Below are positions 7,583 through 11,128 of a stretch of DNA of 11,128 bases, in pieces. Under the pieces are notes generated by a model. The model did no database searches. It was given only the letters and a program-made list of their open reading frames with translations, and was not told where the DNA came from. This stretch comes from Candidatus Saccharimonadota bacterium. Its GTDB lineage: Bacteria; Pseudomonadota; Gammaproteobacteria; Enterobacterales; Enterobacteriaceae. The stretch covers positions 337,515 through 348,642 of the forward strand of contig NZ_CP046218.1 in NCBI RefSeq assembly GCF_012571345.1. The letters run 5' to 3'. A program made the position numbers and the translations under genes. Each line of letters begins with the position of its first letter. The stretch's first letter is position 1.

Positions 7583-8740
7583 TTAATGTGATTTTTTTAC
7601 TATGTTTTTACTATGTTTGTGTTTCGCAACATTAGCATGAAGTAATTTTTTATGTGTTATATGATGTTTATTATGATGTTGTTTATGGTTAAAAGAACTA
7701 ACATTATATTTAAAATCTAATAATTCAATATCAAAAATAAGTGTAGAATTCACAGGTATGCCAGTAATTACATCATGATTATAAGCTAAATTATATGGAA
7801 TCACTAATGTTATTTTCCCGCCTTTACCAATAAGTCTTAATCCTTCTTGCCAGCCAGGTATTGTTTTATGTAAATCAATAATTAATGGTTGTTTGCGAAT
7901 ATAAGTATTATCAACTTCAACACCATTAATTAATTTACCAATATAATGAACTTTGACAAATATTTTTCCTTTTTTAGGAAGTTGTAATTTGCCTTTTCTA
8001 TATATTTTGTATACAAGACCAGTACGTGTTTTTTTGTATTTTTTATTTTTAATTAATTGATTAACAAACTTTTTACCTGTAACTATATTTACTTTAGATT
8101 GATTTTTTACAAAATTATCTGTAGAATTTTTTACATCAGATTCAAATTTTTGTAAAACTCTTTGTATTTCTTTTTCAGGTATTAATAATTTTTTGTGTTC
8201 TAAAATATCCTGTATACCACGTAATACATATTTTTTATTTAAAACAATGTTTAGTTTTTGTTGTTCATCAAAAGAATCTTGTAAATATTGTCCAAAAGAA
8301 ACACCTAATGCATATGATACTTTTTGTTCTTCGCTTTGTATGTCTAGATCTTCTTCGTTAAAATTACTACTATAACTACTATTAATATTATTAGTTGGAA
8401 CAGAATTTACTAAATCATTACCTTGCTTATTAAAAGATTCTGTATTGATAATATTTGTTGAACCAACAAAATGATTTTTTAAAGTTTTTTCTAACTTCTC
8501 ATCATGAGCAGTATCATCTTGATGTTCTATTGTATTATCTAATTTATCATCTACAATTGTATTTGTTGTTTTTTGTGATAATTCTAAATTATCTTTTTTA
8601 GGATGAGTGTCTGTAGGTTTGGTTTTACTACTCCACCAACTGATATTTTTTAAAGCAGATGCTTTTAACATAGGTACATTTAAACTCACAGTTAAAATCA
8701 ATACAACTAATATTGATAACTTTTTATTCAAAAATCGCAT
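7583..8740 (-). CDS. fkpA: periplasmic FKBP-type peptidyl-prolyl cis-trans isomerase FkpA, atypically long (385 aa vs 270 aa in E. coli)
   Basis: The N-terminus is signal-peptide-like (MRFLNKK-LSILVVLILTVSL-NVPMLKA). The dimerisation-domain match is EEQKVSYALGVSFGQYLQDSF vs E. coli DDQKSAYALGASLGRYMENSL. The FKBP domain matches are TGLVYKI vs TGLVYQV, VHYIGKLINGVEVDNTY vs VNYKGTLIDGKEFDNSY, IPGWQEGLRLIGKGGKITLVIPYNLAY vs IPGWTEGLKNIKKGGKIKLVIPPELAY, and GIPVNSTLIFDIELLDFK vs GIPPNSTLVFDVELLDVK. GGAG lies 7 nt upstream of the ATG. The position next to tusD matches E. coli apart from the missing yheO. Confidence 0.88.
   Translation of the reverse strand: MRFLNKKLSILVVLILTVSLNVPMLKASALKNISWWSSKTKPTDTHPKKDNLELSQKTTNTIVDDKLDNTIEHQDDTAHDEKLEKTLKNHFVGSTNIINTESFNKQGNDLVNSVPTNNINSSYSSNFNEEDLDIQSEEQKVSYALGVSFGQYLQDSFDEQQKLNIVLNKKYVLRGIQDILEHKKLLIPEKEIQRVLQKFESDVKNSTDNFVKNQSKVNIVTGKKFVNQLIKNKKYKKTRTGLVYKIYRKGKLQLPKKGKIFVKVHYIGKLINGVEVDNTYIRKQPLIIDLHKTIPGWQEGLRLIGKGGKITLVIPYNLAYNHDVITGIPVNSTLIFDIELLDFKYNVSSFNHKQHHNKHHITHKKLLHANVAKHKHSKNIVKKSH
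7594..7615. repeat. perfect tandem duplication of an 11-bp unit (TTTTTACTATG x2) in the last codons of fkpA
   Basis: Direct reading shows that 7594..7604 and 7605..7615 are both tttttactatg. On the coding strand this is CATAGTAAAAA x2, spanning codons ...H S K N I V K K... Confidence 0.9.
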
Positions 8741-8777
8741 TGTCTACTCCAAAATAAAATTATAAAATTTCTATGTA

Positions 8778-8809
8778 TATAAATAAGATAAACTATTATC
8801 TTATTTATA
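8778..8809. repeat. perfect 13-bp inverted repeat with a 6-nt loop in the asd-fkpA spacer (possible hairpin, terminator or operator)
   Basis: TATAAATAAGATA (8778..8790), then AACTAT, then TATCTTATTTATA (8797..8809). The arms are exact reverse complements. The repeat lies 52 nt downstream of the asd stop and 38 nt upstream of the fkpA ATG. The stem is almost entirely A-T (one G-C pair) and no clean U-tract follows on the minus strand. Confidence 0.4.
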
Positions 8810-8860
8810 AAATATTACTTATAAACAATGGAAAAAACAAGATAAAAATATACTAATTTT

Positions 8861-9979
8861 TTAAAATATATTTATTAATAATTTGAATATTCTTCTTAAT
8901 GGTTCAGCTGCCCCCCATAATAATTGATCCCCTACTGTAAATGCAGAAAAACAATACTTATCTATATTTAATTTTTTTATTCTACCAATTGCTATATTTA
9001 ATGTATTATTTGTAGCTTGCGGCGTTAAATATTTTTTTGTATTTTCATAATCATTAGGAATAATTTTTACCCATTTATTATGTGATTGAAGAAATGTAGT
9101 AATATTATTAATTGATAGTTCTTTTTTTAATTTAATCATAAAAGATTGGCTATGAGAACGTAATGTAGGCACTCTAACACATATCCCATCTATAGGTATA
9201 ATAAATTTATTATCTAATATTTTATTTGTTTCAAATTGGCCTTTCCATTCCTCTTTAGTTTGACCATTATTCATTTTTTGATCAATCCATGGAATTACAT
9301 TATTAATCAATGGGATGGTTAAATGTTTTTTAGGAAATAATTTATTTTCCATAACATTAGCAATTTTTCTTTCTAATGTTAAAATATTTAACGTATTATC
9401 ATTAATAATATTATGTATATTATCATTAATAAATTTGTTTTGTAATAATAATTCTTGTATAAATTTAGCACCTGCGCCTGATATTGCTTGATATGTAGAA
9501 ACAAAAACCCATTCAATCATATTTTGTTTAAATAATTCTCCTAATGCCATTAACATTAAACTTACAGTGCAATTACCTCCTACAAAAGTTTTAATACCCA
9601 TATCTATTTTTTTCTTAATTACATGTAAATTAATTGGATCTAATACAATACATGAGTTAGGAAATGGACGTAAATATGATGCAGCATCTATCCAATAACC
9701 TTTCCAACCATATTCATGTAATTTATGATATATAATGCGTGTATATTTACTACCTTGACAAGTAATAATTATATCTAATGATAGTAATAATTGAATATTA
9801 TATGCATCTTGTAGCGTGGGATGTATATTAATATTAGCATATATAGGACATTTTTCACCTATTTGCGACGTAGTTAAAAAAAATATTTTAGTATTATAAA
9901 AATCATTTTTATATAACATTCTTTTTAGTAAAACTGATCCAACAATACCACGCCATCCTGCAAAACCTATATTTTTCAT
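8861..9979 (-). CDS. asd: aspartate-semialdehyde dehydrogenase
   Basis: A 372-aa ORF colinear with E. coli Asd (367 aa). Matches include MKNIGFAGWRGIVGSVLLKRM vs MKNVGFIGWRGMVGSVLMQRM, and the active-site region FVGGNCTVSLMLMALG vs FVGGNCTVSLMLMSLG. Further matches are EEWKGQ.ETNKIL, CVRV..LR.HSQ.F.IKLKK and SAFTVGDQLLWGAAEPLRR. Confidence 0.96.
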   Translation of the reverse strand: MKNIGFAGWRGIVGSVLLKRMLYKNDFYNTKIFFLTTSQIGEKCPIYANINIHPTLQDAYNIQLLLSLDIIITCQGSKYTRIIYHKLHEYGWKGYWIDAASYLRPFPNSCIVLDPINLHVIKKKIDMGIKTFVGGNCTVSLMLMALGELFKQNMIEWVFVSTYQAISGAGAKFIQELLLQNKFINDNIHNIINDNTLNILTLERKIANVMENKLFPKKHLTIPLINNVIPWIDQKMNNGQTKEEWKGQFETNKILDNKFIIPIDGICVRVPTLRSHSQSFMIKLKKELSINNITTFLQSHNKWVKIIPNDYENTKKYLTPQATNNTLNIAIGRIKKLNIDKYCFSAFTVGDQLLWGAAEPLRRIFKLLINIF

Positions 9980-10118
9980 TATTTATTTTACCTTTATGGA
10001 AATATATCTATGTTAGATAGAATTAATATTTTAATATTATCCATGTATAAATATAATGCATATTTTTTATCAATAAAATCATTAAATAATTATACCTTGT
10101 ACACATATATATTATCAT

Positions 10119-10795
10119 CTATATAATAGACTTGATAAACCAATTTATAGGAATAATATTACGAGATTTTAGATAGTCATTTGCACGAGAAAAATGTTTA
10201 CATCTATCAAATCCCTTATAAAAAGAAAATGGTGAAGGATGTGAAGTACATAATATGTGATGTTTGTTTTTATCAATGAAAACATTTTTCTTTTGTGCTT
10301 TTTGCCCCCACAAAAGAAAGACTATATTAGTACAGTATTTATTAATTACTTTAATAACATTATTTGTAAAAATTTCCCAACCAATATTAGCATGTGAATT
10401 TGGACGATTTTTTTCTACTGTTAGTATAGTGTTTAATAACATTACACCTTGTTTTACCCAATCTATTAAATAACCATGATTAGGTATATAAAATTTTGGT
10501 ATATCATATTTTATAGCTTTATAAATATTTTTTAATGTAGGCGGAATTTTAGTTTTAGGCATAACAGAAAAAGCCAAACCATTTGCTTGATTAGTACCAT
10601 GATAAGGATCTTGACCTAAAATCACTATTTTTAATTGATATAAATGTATTATATTAAATATACTGAAAATATATTTTTTAGGCGGATAAATAGTTTTGCC
10701 CTGAAAAATATCTTCATTAATTTTATGAATAATTTTTATAAAATAATCTTTTTTTTTTCTTTATGTAAAAAATGTTGCCAATTATTTTTTATCAT
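10119..10795 (-). pseudogene. ung: uracil-DNA glycosylase, split by a frameshift inside an A10 tract (apparent pseudogene, slippage-rescued gene, or homopolymer sequencing error)
   Basis: The 5' piece starts at the ATG at 10795..10793 and reads MIKNNWQHFLHKEKKK (vs E. coli MANELTWHDVLAEEKQQ). It then runs into TAA at 10738..10736. The other frame is open from 10760 down to the TAA at 10121..10119. It reads (R)[54 protein letters not shown]..., matching E. coli [51 protein letters not shown].... The catalytic motifs GQDPYH, LLNT.LTV and HPSP.S are intact. The M of the 168-aa track ORF is really an internal GTG (Val). Adding one A to the tract yields a contiguous ~225-aa Ung (E. coli 229 aa). 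Confidence 0.9.
10749..10758 (-). repeat. A10 homopolymer on the ung coding strand; site of the frameshift and of an in-phase A_AAA_AAG heptamer
   Basis: The plus strand reads c-tttttttttt-c, counted directly as 10 T. In my scan for runs, every other homopolymer I found was 9 nt or shorter. In the 5' reading frame the codons are GAA AAA AAA AAG ATT, so A AAA AAG (10754..10748) sits in X_XXY_YYZ phase. Confidence 0.9.
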
Positions 10796-10934
10796 AATAC
10801 TTAACCTTTATAAATATAAAATTGTTATACATTTGTAATGCTAATATTATTAGATTGTATTATAATACATTAGTATTAAATAATAATCTTGTAGTAATAA
10901 ATACTTAAAATTTTAATTAATAAGGAATATTCAT

Positions 10935-11128
10935 GTGAAATATTATGAAATAATATTAATGATACATCCAGATCAAAGTGAAAAAATTAATAATTTTATT
11001 ACAATATATAAAAATTATATTCAAGAACATCAAGGATCTATAACAAGATTAGAAGATTGGGGTAGAAGACAATTATCATATCCTATTAATAGGATGCAAA
11101 AAGCACATTATATACTCATAAATATCAT
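10935..11128 (+). CDS. rpsF: 30S ribosomal protein S6, N-terminal 64 codons (continues past the right window edge)
   Basis: Manual translation from the GTG at 10935 gives (M)[64 protein letters not shown]. coli S6 reads [69 protein letters not shown] at 10922..10926 lies 8 nt upstream. The ATG at 10933 is followed at once by TGA, so GTG is the start that fits the homology. Confidence 0.9.
   Translation, partial: MKYYEIILMIHPDQSEKINNFITIYKNYIQEHQGSITRLEDWGRRQLSYPINRMQKAHYILINI

Noticed and set aside
10023-10038. A tandem 8-mer (TTAATATT x2) and small palindromes (for example TATCTA-TGT-TAGATA near 10005..10019) in the ung-asd spacer.
   Set aside because: These are very short, pure A/T low-complexity features with stems of 6 bp or fewer, well within chance expectation for this composition.
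10861-10866. A TATAAT hexamer 69 nt upstream of rpsF, and similar -10-like hexamers in other spacers (for example 6324..6400), as candidate sigma-70 promoters.
   Set aside because: At this base composition TATAAT-like words occur by chance throughout, including inside genes. I found no well-spaced TTGACA-like -35 partner (TTGTAA at 10833..10838 is 22 bp away). Promoter calls from sequence alone would not be meaningful here.
10933-10938. An ATG-TGA start-stop mini-ORF overlapping the rpsF GTG start.
   Set aside because: It is only six nucleotides. Such overlaps are expected by chance, and homology to S6 (M/V-K-Y-Y-E-I) is fully explained by initiation at the GTG at 10935.
1-11128. An alternative genetic code (TGA as Trp), as seen in some tiny symbiont genomes.
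   Set aside because: All 15 conserved genes reach their expected lengths under the standard code. Conserved Trp positions checked (for example in ung, rpsF and nusG) are encoded by TGG. The only interruption, in ung, is a frame change at a homopolymer rather than an in-frame TGA.
1-11128. Defence systems, mobile elements, CRISPR arrays, toxin-antitoxin pairs or any orphan gene cluster that could represent a novel system.
   Set aside because: Every ORF of appreciable size is accounted for by a well-known housekeeping orthologue. Spacers are 161 bp or shorter and contain no direct-repeat arrays, terminal inverted repeats or integrase/transposase fragments.

Overview
This window is very AT-rich (by eye about three quarters or more A+T; not computed), gene-dense and read with the standard genetic code. 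It looks like core chromosome from a reduced-genome gammaproteobacterial (Enterobacterales-derived) insect endosymbiont of the Buchnera/Blochmannia/Wigglesworthia type. The exact taxon cannot be determined from the sequence alone. Fourteen genes are co-oriented on the minus strand: rplA (partial), rplK, nusG, secE, tuf, fusA, rpsG, rpsL, tusB, tusC, tusD, fkpA, asd and ung. A divergent rpsF (partial) sits on the plus strand at the right edge. All calls rest on reading the translations against remembered E. coli orthologues; no database search was possible. I found no tRNA or rRNA genes, CRISPR arrays, mobile elements, toxin-antitoxin or defence-like genes, and no orphan ORFs of meaningful size. 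I therefore see no evidence for a novel multi-gene system; this is a housekeeping region. The observations worth a second look are as follows. (1) ung is frameshifted exactly at the longest homopolymer in the window (A10 on the coding strand), and that tract also forms an in-phase A_AAA_AAG -1 slippery heptamer. The gene is either an assembly artefact, a very recent pseudogene, or a gene rescued by transcriptional or ribosomal slippage. (2) FkpA is atypical, with about 90 extra low-complexity residues after the signal peptide and a His/Lys-rich C-terminal tail that carries a perfect 11-bp tandem duplication. (3) The single tuf gene has tufA-type neighbours upstream and tufB-type neighbours downstream. 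(4) There are a few small hairpins and synteny collapses.
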